This document shows positions 17,727-26,296 of a stretch of DNA of 64,000 bases, piece after piece. This DNA comes from Eubacteriales bacterium. Lineage in GTDB: Bacteria; Bacillota; Clostridia; Oscillospirales; CAG-272. The notes below the pieces were generated by a model, which ran no database searches, was not told where the DNA came from, and saw only the letters and a program-made list of their open reading frames with translations. Within the stretch, counting starts at the first letter, position 1, and every line of letters begins with the position of its first letter. The translations under genes and the position numbers were made by a program. The stretch is taken from NCBI GenBank assembly GCA_045611965.1, contig JAZKYE010000062.1, forward strand, positions 443 to 64,442. The letters are read 5' to 3'.

Positions 17727-19169
17727 GTGGCAAAAATGAAAAAGAAGTTCCCTACAATGCACGTGGATCTCGACTGCTTTATGCCCGCAGATCCCAAGGA
17801 TAAGGAATATATGGTCAGAATGCGTCCCTCCTCTACCTTCTTTAAGGACGGCGTAAAGCGTCTTATAAAGAACAAGGTTGCATTCGTTTCCTTTATCGTT
17901 ATCGTATTCATTACACTTTCCGCAATATTCATTCCGCTTTTCTGGCCCTACGGCTACGAGCAGCAGCTCGGTGTCAAGCTTGGAAAGCCCGTTGACCCCA
18001 CCTATGCAAACCTCGCTCCGTTTGAGTACGGAAGAAGCGAGCGCGCGAAGATGTACGGAAAGGCAAGCTTCTACGAGGTTTACTTTGAGTCACCCGTATT
18101 TGCAGTTTACGCAGACGATGCCCAGAAGGCAGAGTTTGAGGCTAAAAGAGCAGCGGCTCTTGCCGCGGCTAACGCACTTTTCGACAGCTATGCACAGGGC
18201 GCGCAGAATATGGACACCTTCAAGACGCTTGCGTCTGCACTTCCTGCCGATAGCGCAGCTCACGAGCTTAAGAGCTCTATCAGCGCGGACGATAAGGATT
18301 ACAGAAAGCAGACCGAGGTGCTCGACTGGCTCTGGGAAGGCAGTGGCACTTCTCCCGTACGTGCGAAGAACGACGCTAAGGTTATTGAAACAGACTCTGG
18401 CGTTTACGTGCTTTGCTTTGATGCGTACAAGGGCGGCTCGTCAGTATTCCCCCACATATTCGGTACCGACCAGCACGGAAGAGATTACTTCATCCGTATC
18501 GTTTACGGTACGAGAATTTCGCTTATGGTTGGCTTCTTCGCCAGCATTATCGTTCTTATCATCGGTCTTACCGTAGGTGCTGTTTCGGGCTACTGCGGCG
18601 GCAAGGTTGACCTTATCATAATGAGAATAGTAGATATAATCTACTCGCTTCCCGATATGCTTATGGTTATTCTTCTTGCATCGGTATTCAACCTTGTGCT
18701 GGGCGATGCGCTTGCGGGAACATTCCTACAAAAGATAGGAACGAACATTATATCGCTGTTTATAGTATTCGCGCTTCTCTACTGGGTATCAATGTCACGA
18801 CTTGTAAGAGGTCAGATACTCTCGCTTCGTGAGCAGGAATACGTGCTTGCGGCAAAGGCGGCAGGCGCAAAGGGCTCGTGGATTATCAGAAAGCACCTTA
18901 TGCCCAACTGTATTTCGGTTATCGTTATTTCAACCGCACTTCAGATTCCCTCGGCAATCTTTACCGAGAGCTATCTTTCGTTCCTCGGTCTTGGCGTTAA
19001 CGCACCGATGCCCTCGCTCGGCTCGCTTGCGTCCGACGCGCTTAACGGTATCAACTCATATTCGTACAGACTTATTATTCCCGCTATCGTAATTTCGCTT
19101 ATCGTGCTTGCGCTCAACCTTCTCGGTGACGGTCTGCGCGACGCATTCGACCCCAAGCTTAACGGTTAA
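17727..19169 (+). CDS. oppC: Oligopeptide ABC transporter permease (OppC/DppC type) with an extracytoplasmic insertion of about 165 aa
   Basis: The HIFGTDQHGRDYF motif and the C-terminal permease core are present. An extra Ala/Lys-rich domain sits between TM1 and the FGTD motif. AAGGAG RBS. Confidence 0.85.
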   Translation: MAKMKKKFPTMHVDLDCFMPADPKDKEYMVRMRPSSTFFKDGVKRLIKNKVAFVSFIVIVFITLSAIFIPLFWPYGYEQQLGVKLGKPVDPTYANLAPFEYGRSERAKMYGKASFYEVYFESPVFAVYADDAQKAEFEAKRAAALAAANALFDSYAQGAQNMDTFKTLASALPADSAAHELKSSISADDKDYRKQTEVLDWLWEGSGTSPVRAKNDAKVIETDSGVYVLCFDAYKGGSSVFPHIFGTDQHGRDYFIRIVYGTRISLMVGFFASIIVLIIGLTVGAVSGYCGGKVDLIIMRIVDIIYSLPDMLMVILLASVFNLVLGDALAGTFLQKIGTNIISLFIVFALLYWVSMSRLVRGQILSLREQEYVLAAKAAGAKGSWIIRKHLMPNCISVIVISTALQIPSAIFTESYLSFLGLGVNAPMPSLGSLASDALNGINSYSYRLIIPAIVISLIVLALNLLGDGLRDAFDPKLNG

Positions 19170-19186
19170 GAAAGGAGATTCAGATA

Positions 19187-20278
19187 ATGGCATTACTTGA
19201 AGTAAAGGATTTGAGAACCTCCTTCTTCACCGACGCAGGTGAGGTCAAGGCAGTAAACGGCGTATCCTTCAACCTTGATGAGGGTAAGGTGCTCGGTATA
19301 GTTGGCGAGAGCGGCTCGGGAAAATCGGTTACCGCATACTCGGTTATGCAAATTCTTGCAGGCACGGGTAAGATAATCGGCGGCTCTATCAAGTTCCGCG
19401 GTGAAGAGCTCGTCGGTGCTGGCGAGGACAAGATGAAAACGATAAGAGGTAATAAAATCTCTATCATTTTCCAAGACCCTATGACCTCGCTTAACCCTAC
19501 CTACACTATCGGTCATCAGCTTATGGAAGCAATTATGCTTCACACCAACAGAGATAAAAAAGAGGCGTGGGACAGAGCCGTTGAGATGCTCAAGCTCGTT
19601 AACGTAAACGAGCCTGAAAAGCGTATGAAGCAGTATCCCTTCGAGTTCTCGGGCGGTATGCGTCAGAGAGTTATGATCGCAATGGCACTTGCGTGCGAGC
19701 CCGACATTCTTATCGCAGACGAGCCCACCACCGCACTTGACGTTACTATTCAGGCACAGATTCTCGACCTTATGACGAGCCTTCAGAAGGAGCTTGGAAT
19801 GGCTATTATTATGATAACCCACGACCTTGGTGTCGTAGCGCAGATGTGCGACGAGGTTATCGTTATGTATGCAGGCTCTATCTGTGAGCAGGGCACGGCA
19901 GACGAGATATTCTACAATCCCTCTCACGAATATACGAAGGGACTTATGCGCTCTATCCCCTCTACCACCTCGGCAGGAAAGAAGCTTCAGCCTATTACGG
20001 GTACACCCATAGACCTTCTCAATATGCCTAAGGGTTGTCCCTTCGCCCCCAGATGCGATGCGGCAATGAAGATATGTATTCACGAGCGCGCACCGAGAAT
20101 TGAAATCAACGACTGCCATCAGGCGGCGTGCTGGATGAATGAAAAGAAGATAGTTGAGGCCGCAGTTGCCGCAGGTGACGATGAGGTCGAGGCTATGGAA
20201 TGTCTGCTTAAAGCAGAGTTCGCAAAAAAATGCGACGATATAGATACCGCCACGGAAGGAGAGGGCAGCAATGAGTGA
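19187..20278 (+). CDS. oppD: Oligopeptide ABC transporter ATP-binding protein
   Basis: Walker A GESGSGKS, signature FSGGMRQRV, Walker B ILIADEPTTALD. Confidence 0.9.
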   Translation: MALLEVKDLRTSFFTDAGEVKAVNGVSFNLDEGKVLGIVGESGSGKSVTAYSVMQILAGTGKIIGGSIKFRGEELVGAGEDKMKTIRGNKISIIFQDPMTSLNPTYTIGHQLMEAIMLHTNRDKKEAWDRAVEMLKLVNVNEPEKRMKQYPFEFSGGMRQRVMIAMALACEPDILIADEPTTALDVTIQAQILDLMTSLQKELGMAIIMITHDLGVVAQMCDEVIVMYAGSICEQGTADEIFYNPSHEYTKGLMRSIPSTTSAGKKLQPITGTPIDLLNMPKGCPFAPRCDAAMKICIHERAPRIEINDCHQAACWMNEKKIVEAAVAAGDDEVEAMECLLKAEFAKKCDDIDTATEGEGSNE

Positions 20279-21260
20279 GAATAAAAACGACGTGCTCGTC
20301 GAGGTCAAGGGACTGAAGAAGTACTTTGACATTGCGATAAACGCCTTCCAGACGAAGCCGCTCAAGGCGGTTGACAACGTATCCTTCTCTATTAAACGCG
20401 GCGAGACGCTCGGTCTTGTCGGTGAGTCGGGATGCGGTAAGACTACCGTCGGAAGAACGCTTCTTCAGCTTTACAAGCCCACAGACGGTGAGATTATTTA
20501 CGACGGAAAGCCCATCGTAACCAAGCAGGACCTTCAGGAATTCCGCAAGAAGGCAACGATGGTTTTCCAGGACCCCTATTCCTCTCTTAACCCCAGAATG
20601 ACGGTTGCCGATATTATCGGTGAACCGCTTGACATTCACGGTCTTTACTCTACAAAAGAGGAAAGACAGGCAAAAATTCTTGAGCTTATGGACCACGTAG
20701 GTCTTAACTCAGAGCACGCGGCAAGATACGCGCACGAGTTCTCAGGCGGACAGCGTCAGAGAATCGGTATTGCAAGAGCACTTGCGGTAAACCCTGAATT
20801 TATCGTATGTGACGAGCCCGTATCCGCCCTTGACGTTTCAATTCAGGCGCAGGTTATCAATATGTTTGACGAGCTTCAGGAAAAGCTTGGTCTTACCTAT
20901 TTATTTATCGCGCACGACCTTCTCGTCGTACGTCATATCAGCGACAGAATTGCCGTAATGTACCTCGGTAAGATGGTTGAGCTTGCACCCTCGGATGAGA
21001 TTTGCGACCACCCGCTTCACCCCTACACAAAGGCGCTTATGTCCTCTGTTCCTATGCCTGACCCCAAGATTGCAAGAGAGAACAAGAGAATTACCCTTTC
21101 GGGTGATATTCCCTCACCTCTTAACGCACCGTCGGGATGCCCCTTCCGTACAAGATGCCCCTACGCAACCGAGCTTTGCGCCGAAGCAATGCCTGAGTTC
21201 CGTGAGGTTAAGGAAGGTCACTTCGTTGCCTGCCACAGGGTTGACGAAATAAACGGTTAA
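20271..21260 (+). CDS. oppF: Oligopeptide ABC transporter ATP-binding protein
   Basis: Walker A GESGCGKTT, signature FSGGQRQRIGIARAL, Walker B FIVCDEPVSALD. It overlaps oppD by 8 nt. Confidence 0.9.
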   Translation: MSENKNDVLVEVKGLKKYFDIAINAFQTKPLKAVDNVSFSIKRGETLGLVGESGCGKTTVGRTLLQLYKPTDGEIIYDGKPIVTKQDLQEFRKKATMVFQDPYSSLNPRMTVADIIGEPLDIHGLYSTKEERQAKILELMDHVGLNSEHAARYAHEFSGGQRQRIGIARALAVNPEFIVCDEPVSALDVSIQAQVINMFDELQEKLGLTYLFIAHDLLVVRHISDRIAVMYLGKMVELAPSDEICDHPLHPYTKALMSSVPMPDPKIARENKRITLSGDIPSPLNAPSGCPFRTRCPYATELCAEAMPEFREVKEGHFVACHRVDEING

Positions 21261-21369
21261 GTTTTATTCAAGTTCGTTAATGCACCGCATATACGGTGTG
21301 CAATACGTATGCGCGGTGTGTTTCGATATAGAAACCTTAAAATTTTAAATTTGAAAGGAAAAAAACAAA

Positions 21370-23142
21370 ATGAAAAAGCTTTTAGCTGCTATTCTTCTTG
21401 TTGTAATGGTATTCAGCTTTGCATCCTGCGGCGTTACCAAGTCCGAGGCTCCTACCTTTGACTATCTTTACAACACTGGTGAAGGTCACAAGGCTATCGG
21501 CGAGTACCTTCAGAGTGCTCTCTCGGCAGCAGGCCTCACTATGACTCTTACCAACCAGGAATGGAACACCTTCCTTAACACCCGTAAGGACGGTGACTAC
21601 ATGGTAGCCCGCAACGGCTGGCTTGCAGACTACTCTGACCCCATCTCGTTCCTTGATATGTGGACCTCCGGCTCGGGTAACAACGACGTACAGTTCGGTA
21701 AGGGCGCTCACGCTACTCTTGCTATGTACGACCTTGACCTCACCGACATCGAGGGTTACACCCTTAAGGTTAACGACGGTACCTGGGCACAGACTTATGA
21801 CGAGCTTATCAAGCTCATCAAGGCTTGCACCGACACCAACAAGCGTTATCAGCTTATGCACAAGGCTGAGGACATGATCATGGATACCGGTTGCATTGTT
21901 CCCCTCTACTACTACACCGACATCTTCATGATCGACGATGCAGTTAAGGGATTCTTTGCTAACCCCCTTGGCTACAAGTACTTCATGTACACCACCATCG
22001 AGGGCAAGAACAGCATCAACGTATGCCTTTCTTCCGAGCCCGACACCATCGACCCCGCTCTCAACTCTGCTGTTGACGGTGCAACCATGCTTGCACACCT
22101 CTTCCAGGGTCTTGCAAAGTGGAGCCAGAAGGCTGACGGTACTCTTGAGATCGTTGCTGACGCAGCTGTTTCTCTTCCCGAGGGCGTTGTTAACGCTGAC
22201 GGAACTGTAACCTACACCTACACTCTTCGTGATGGCCTTAAGTGGTCCAACGGCGAGGCTGTTACCGCTGGTGACTTCGAGTACTCTTGGAAGAGAGCTG
22301 CTTCTAACGCACTTGCTGCTGACTACGGCTACATGTTCGAGGTTGTTAAGGGCTACGGCGAGGATGATGCTAACGGTCTTTCCAAGATCGCTGTAACCGC
22401 TAAGGACGCTAAGACCCTTGAGGTTACTCTTGCAAACTCTGTTTCCTACTGGAACGAGCTTCTTGCATTCCCCACCTACTATCCTGTACACAAGGCTACC
22501 GTAGCTTCTGAGTCTTGGGCAACTGAGGCTGCTACCTACGTATGCAACGGTCCTTACACCATCTCTGCTTGGGATCACAACAGCTGCATCACCCTTACGA
22601 AGAACACCAACTTCATTGATGCTGCTTCCATTACCATGCCTGAGATCAAGTGCTTCCTTTCTGATGATGCAAACAACATGCTCACCAACTTCAAGAATGG
22701 TACTTGGCAGCTTATCGATGACGTTCCTACCAACGAAATCGCTAACCTTGAGGTTCAGTACCCCAACGAGTACAAGGTTACCGGTCAGATCGGTACTTAC
22801 TATGTAAACTTCAACGTTAACGCAGACCTTCTTCCCAACAACACCGAGCTTACCGGTGCTGAGAAGGAAAAGGCTCAGCAGGAAATCCGTAAGGCTATCG
22901 GCCTTCTTCTTGACCGTAACTACATCTGTGAGGAAATCGGTCAGGCAGGTCAGGTTGCGGCTCCTGCATTCGTACCCATGGGTATGACTGATCCCGCTAC
23001 TGGCGACGAGTTCTACAAGAACACCGGCTTTAGCGACAAGTTTGACGGTTACTACGATGTATCTGAGGATGCATACGAGGCAAACGTTAACGCAGCTATC
23101 GAAACCCTCAAGAAGTACTACACCATTGAGGTTGCTGAATAA
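21370..23142 (+). CDS. Family-5 (OppA/DppA-like) peptide-binding lipoprotein, circularly permuted
   Basis: Lipobox VFSFASCG. Residues ~30-215 match what is normally the C-terminal lobe (EWNTFLNTRKDGDYMVARNGWLADYSDPISFLDMW...KRYQLMHKAEDMIMDTGCIVPLYYY). The canonical N-terminal region follows (INVCLSSEPDTIDPALN...YTYTLRDGLKWSNGEAVTAGDFEYSWKR). Confidence 0.85.
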   Translation: MKKLLAAILLVVMVFSFASCGVTKSEAPTFDYLYNTGEGHKAIGEYLQSALSAAGLTMTLTNQEWNTFLNTRKDGDYMVARNGWLADYSDPISFLDMWTSGSGNNDVQFGKGAHATLAMYDLDLTDIEGYTLKVNDGTWAQTYDELIKLIKACTDTNKRYQLMHKAEDMIMDTGCIVPLYYYTDIFMIDDAVKGFFANPLGYKYFMYTTIEGKNSINVCLSSEPDTIDPALNSAVDGATMLAHLFQGLAKWSQKADGTLEIVADAAVSLPEGVVNADGTVTYTYTLRDGLKWSNGEAVTAGDFEYSWKRAASNALAADYGYMFEVVKGYGEDDANGLSKIAVTAKDAKTLEVTLANSVSYWNELLAFPTYYPVHKATVASESWATEAATYVCNGPYTISAWDHNSCITLTKNTNFIDAASITMPEIKCFLSDDANNMLTNFKNGTWQLIDDVPTNEIANLEVQYPNEYKVTGQIGTYYVNFNVNADLLPNNTELTGAEKEKAQQEIRKAIGLLLDRNYICEEIGQAGQVAAPAFVPMGMTDPATGDEFYKNTGFSDKFDGYYDVSEDAYEANVNAAIETLKKYYTIEVAE

Positions 23143-23227
23143 TTCAGCGAAATTCTAAACTTCCACGCTTCTTTCCGTCTTAATTGCACATTCGGACGGA
23201 AGCTTAGGGGCTTCGCCCCATAAAAGT

Positions 23228-23278
23228 GCGGGCAACCGTGTATTCCGCAAGGGTTACACGGTTGCCCGCCTCTTTTTT
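23228..23278. terminator. Bidirectional rho-independent terminator between the opp binding-protein gene and the convergent 4-gene cluster
   Basis: GCGGGCAACCGTGTA (23228-23242) pairs with TACACGGTTGCCCGC (23255-23269). CTCTTTTTT follows on the plus strand. Confidence 0.8.
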
Positions 23279-23293
23279 ATTTAATTTTAAAGG

Positions 23294-24091
23294 CTAAATT
23301 TTGCCCGTTTTCTTTTCGTAATCTGCACACCGCGTGCGAAGGGTTTTTAAATCGACGCCCTTTATATAGGCAAGAAGATGCTGTGTCACGCGGTACATCT
23401 CGCTATCCTCAAGACCGAGCGAGATAAGCGCTGAAAGCGAGTCGTTTATCGCATCGACAAGCGTAATATAGGTATAGCCCGAGGGAAGCCTTGAAAGCAG
23501 AGATGACAGAAGATACACATCCATATCCTCGTACTCATAAGTTCCCTTAATCAGTACAATACTTTGCATCTCTCGGTACTTTCGCGCATATGCGCCTATG
23601 AGATTGCAAAAATCGTGTGGCACGCAAATTATTTCAAAAAGCTTATCCTGCACCCCGTCGTCCATCGACTTGATTTTATATGCGATATCCATACATATTC
23701 TCGCAATATGCGCCCCTTTGGGGTCGACGCGGTAGGTGAAGAGCCGTTTTGCAAGCGCCTCATCCCATTTAAGACAGACACCGTTCTGTCCTGCGCGCTC
23801 TAAAATACCGAGGTTCAGAAGCAGGGACATTTCCGCATCCCTCTCATCATAAACCGCAGTATGCGCGATAACGCGACCTATTACGGCAAGGTGCTCGTTA
23901 GTCAGCACAGAGCGCACAGAGAGAAGGTCGTAATCGGCAAAAAGCGATGCGTCCTTACCCATAAAGAAATCTATTCCCAGAGTAGGGTCCTTCAATATGC
24001 GCTCGTACAATTTCTTTGCCTCAGGATAGGAAAGCCCTCGCTCGTACTGAATTTTAGCAATGCTCAGTCCGTTGAAAAAATCTGACGTCAT
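23294..24091 (-). CDS. Hypothetical protein (265 aa) with an N-terminal FtsK-gamma-like winged-helix segment; gene D of the 4-gene cluster
   Basis: The N-terminus LSIAKIQYERGLSYPEAKKLYERILKD resembles the s.LQRrlrIGYnRAarLid.LE pattern of FtsK gamma domains. The rest is unrecognised. It overlaps gene C by 4 nt (ATGA). Confidence 0.5.
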   Translation of the reverse strand: MTSDFFNGLSIAKIQYERGLSYPEAKKLYERILKDPTLGIDFFMGKDASLFADYDLLSVRSVLTNEHLAVIGRVIAHTAVYDERDAEMSLLLNLGILERAGQNGVCLKWDEALAKRLFTYRVDPKGAHIARICMDIAYKIKSMDDGVQDKLFEIICVPHDFCNLIGAYARKYREMQSIVLIKGTYEYEDMDVYLLSSLLSRLPSGYTYITLVDAINDSLSALISLGLEDSEMYRVTQHLLAYIKGVDLKTLRTRCADYEKKTGKI

Positions 24092-24552
24092 ATAACGCCA
24101 GCCCCCTTAAGGTGCTCTAAAATATCAGCGCCGATGGTGGGATATAAAACATTATCTATAATATAGGCAAGTCCTACATTCTGAAGCTGACGCGCGTGCA
24201 TAGTAGCGAGCGCGTTTAAGCGAAGCGTCAGCACCTTGTTTATCTCTGAAATTGGCAGAGAGCCGCGACTGACGAGAGCTTCAAGAAGCGGGCCGTTTAT
24301 CTTTCGCGCCTTAATCTTGATTACAAGCTCTTCGCATACTGCCTGCGTCTTGCGAATGGGCGGGATGCGTGCGTGATCGACCTCATAGGCGTTATTATTT
24401 TTGGAAAGCCAACCCTTTTCAAGCATAAACTCGATGAGCTCGCGTGTTTTCGTATAGGTAATAGCGAGCTCGTACTGTATCTCGGGGAAGCCGATGTTAT
24501 CCCTATCCTTGCAGTAGTCAAATATCCGTCTTAAATCCTTGATATCTACCAT
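24088..24552 (-). CDS. Hypothetical small protein (154 aa) with an FtsK-gamma-like winged-helix segment; gene C of the cluster
   Basis: IGFPEIQYELAITYTKTRELIEFMLEKGWLS shares the IQYE..Y....L.E motif with gene D. A possible second wHTH lies in the C-terminal half. Confidence 0.5.
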   Translation of the reverse strand: MVDIKDLRRIFDYCKDRDNIGFPEIQYELAITYTKTRELIEFMLEKGWLSKNNNAYEVDHARIPPIRKTQAVCEELVIKIKARKINGPLLEALVSRGSLPISEINKVLTLRLNALATMHARQLQNVGLAYIIDNVLYPTIGADILEHLKGAGVI

Positions 24553-24605
24553 ATTAATCTCCGTTTTGTAGAAATGATGGGTGAATTTTCGCTACCTCGC
24601 CCTTA

Positions 24606-26282
24606 TCACTCATCATCCCCGTCGTCGGTCTGCATCGGCACGAACTCGTACTTGGGATCACCGAGCATAAAGTCGTTTGAATACTCGTAGGGTGGCTTAT
24701 TGTCAACCGAAAGCTCAGGGCACATATAGTAGCGTTCAAGGCGCGACCAGGTTACGTCTGAGTTCATCCTGGTGATAATTCCCTCGCCTATTTTAAGGCA
24801 GGAAAGCGTGCTTACGGGAATAATCGGAATGGTTTCCTTCTGATACTGGTCGATATGCTCGCCCTCACCGTTGACAGCAGACATAACCGAGTAAATGGTA
24901 TGCTCACCGCACTCCTTGGAAAATTCCTTCTTCGTTTCGGGGTTATTAGTTCCAAGAAATACGTGCATATTGAGGTTGTCCTTGATAATCTTGGCGTTGT
25001 TCTCGCCGTAGACGTTATCAAGCTGGGCGTAGGACTGAATTACCAGCCAGAACCAGATGTTTCTACCGCCGCAGGCGCTTATAACGCTGTCGAAGTCGTT
25101 GAACTTCGGCATATTTCCGAACTCGTCGAGAACGAAATAGAAGGGCGTTTTTCTCGGCTTATTGCCGTGCTTTCTCGTCATATTTATAAGGCTCTTATAA
25201 AGGTCGGTAAGGAAAAGTCCTATAATATCGTAGTAAAGCTTCGTTTCGTCCTTCATTGCGAGGAACACGGCGCAGGGCTGCTTATCGTCATCAAAATCCT
25301 CAAATGAGAAGGTGTTGGCGCAGGTAATCTGTCTTATCGCGCCGTCGTTTATCTTGGTCATAGCGGTGGCAAGGGTACTCATATAGCCGTCCTTGGTAAC
25401 CTCTGCCTTGATAAACATAAATCTCTGCACGAGGCGGTAGGCTATAGAGGTGTTCTTGTTACGTCTGTCAAAGAACGCCTCGGTAAACTCGTTATCAGCT
25501 CTACCTATTCTATCGTAAATCTCAATAAGGGTGCTAAGCGAGAAGGTTTCGCGAGTGATAACCGTGTACTTATCGCTTGGCACGCTGTCCTCAAGCATAG
25601 CGAAGATAAGTCCCTTGAAGATAGACCTCGCGCCGTTCATCCACGACACATCCTTTTCGTTTGTGCATACGCACATAACGTTGGCAATTTCCTCAACGCG
25701 GGCCTGCACCTCGTAAAGAATACTTTTCTTTATCGCATTAACAGCGCAATCAAGGCGGTGAGCGTCAGAATACTTTTTTCCTCTGAATACGTTGTAGTAC
25801 TCGTCACCTTCCTTAACTGCGGTGACGGAATCCTCGATATGAAGATACTCCTGATAAAGGTCGAATATAGGTGTCAGGGGGTTCCATCTGTCAGAGATGG
25901 ATGAGTCGATAAAGTTAAGAAGAATAATCTTGTAGCCCTGCTCTGCAAGCGTTGGCGAGAGCGAGCTGAATATCTCAAGCTTCGGGTCACAGAAAACCAT
26001 ACTGCACTTATTCTTTCTCGTTGCAAGAAAGCTACCGTAGGGGATAACAAAGGACTGCGTTTTTCCGCATCTCGTAGCGCCTATGGTAAGAACGTGCGTA
26101 TCGGGAACGGTATTTACGTAAAGCTTACCGTCATCCTTTCTGCGTATGGATATAGGTGTACCCTCAACGACGGTTTCGGGAAGCTTATCCCAGCAAACCG
26201 ACTCGCCAAGGTGCTTATCAAGCTCGGTATAATGCACGAGCCTTGTATTTTCATAATCCTTGAAAACGTCAAACTTTTTCAC
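24606..26282 (-). CDS. Soluble VirD4/TraG-like (type IV coupling protein family, FtsK-HerA superfamily) P-loop ATPase without an N-terminal TM anchor; gene B
   Basis: Walker A GATRCGKT, Walker B FYFVLDEFGNMP. The C-terminal block WLVIQSYAQLDNVYGENNAKIIKDNLNMHVFLGTNNPETKKEFSKECG is typical of TraG/VirD4. There is no hydrophobic helix in the first 60 aa. GTG start with an AAGGGGGGA RBS. Confidence 0.75.
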   Translation of the reverse strand: MKKFDVFKDYENTRLVHYTELDKHLGESVCWDKLPETVVEGTPISIRRKDDGKLYVNTVPDTHVLTIGATRCGKTQSFVIPYGSFLATRKNKCSMVFCDPKLEIFSSLSPTLAEQGYKIILLNFIDSSISDRWNPLTPIFDLYQEYLHIEDSVTAVKEGDEYYNVFRGKKYSDAHRLDCAVNAIKKSILYEVQARVEEIANVMCVCTNEKDVSWMNGARSIFKGLIFAMLEDSVPSDKYTVITRETFSLSTLIEIYDRIGRADNEFTEAFFDRRNKNTSIAYRLVQRFMFIKAEVTKDGYMSTLATAMTKINDGAIRQITCANTFSFEDFDDDKQPCAVFLAMKDETKLYYDIIGLFLTDLYKSLINMTRKHGNKPRKTPFYFVLDEFGNMPKFNDFDSVISACGGRNIWFWLVIQSYAQLDNVYGENNAKIIKDNLNMHVFLGTNNPETKKEFSKECGEHTIYSVMSAVNGEGEHIDQYQKETIPIIPVSTLSCLKIGEGIITRMNSDVTWSRLERYYMCPELSVDNKPPYEYSNDFMLGDPKYEFVPMQTDDGDDE

Positions 26283-26296
26283 AGCTAAATCCCCCC

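Noticed and set aside
19193-20377. 394-aa minus-strand ORF overlapping oppD
   Set aside because: It is antisense to a gene with unambiguous ABC ATPase motifs (GESGSGKS, FSGGMRQRV). Its translation is low-complexity, with no RBS and no recognisable motif.
21261-21369. Overlapping hairpins (GCACCGCATATACGGTGTGC / CACACCGCGCATACG...) between oppF and the binding-protein gene as a riboswitch or attenuator
   Set aside because: The stems are short and imperfect, with no T-run and no recognisable riboswitch core. At most this is a processing or stability element, and the evidence is insufficient to call a feature.
21382-22578. 398-aa minus-strand ORF overlapping the opp binding-protein gene
   Set aside because: It is an antisense shadow ORF of a gene with clear family-5 SBP homology. 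Its Val/Gly/Ser-rich composition is typical of the reverse frame.
24606-26282. VirD4/TraG-like gene as evidence for an integrated conjugative element or T4SS
   Set aside because: There is no relaxase, VirB4, VirB6/8-like, pilin, integrase or oriT-like context anywhere in the window. The protein also lacks the N-terminal TM anchor of genuine coupling proteins. It is treated instead as part of an uncharacterised cytoplasmic 4-gene module.
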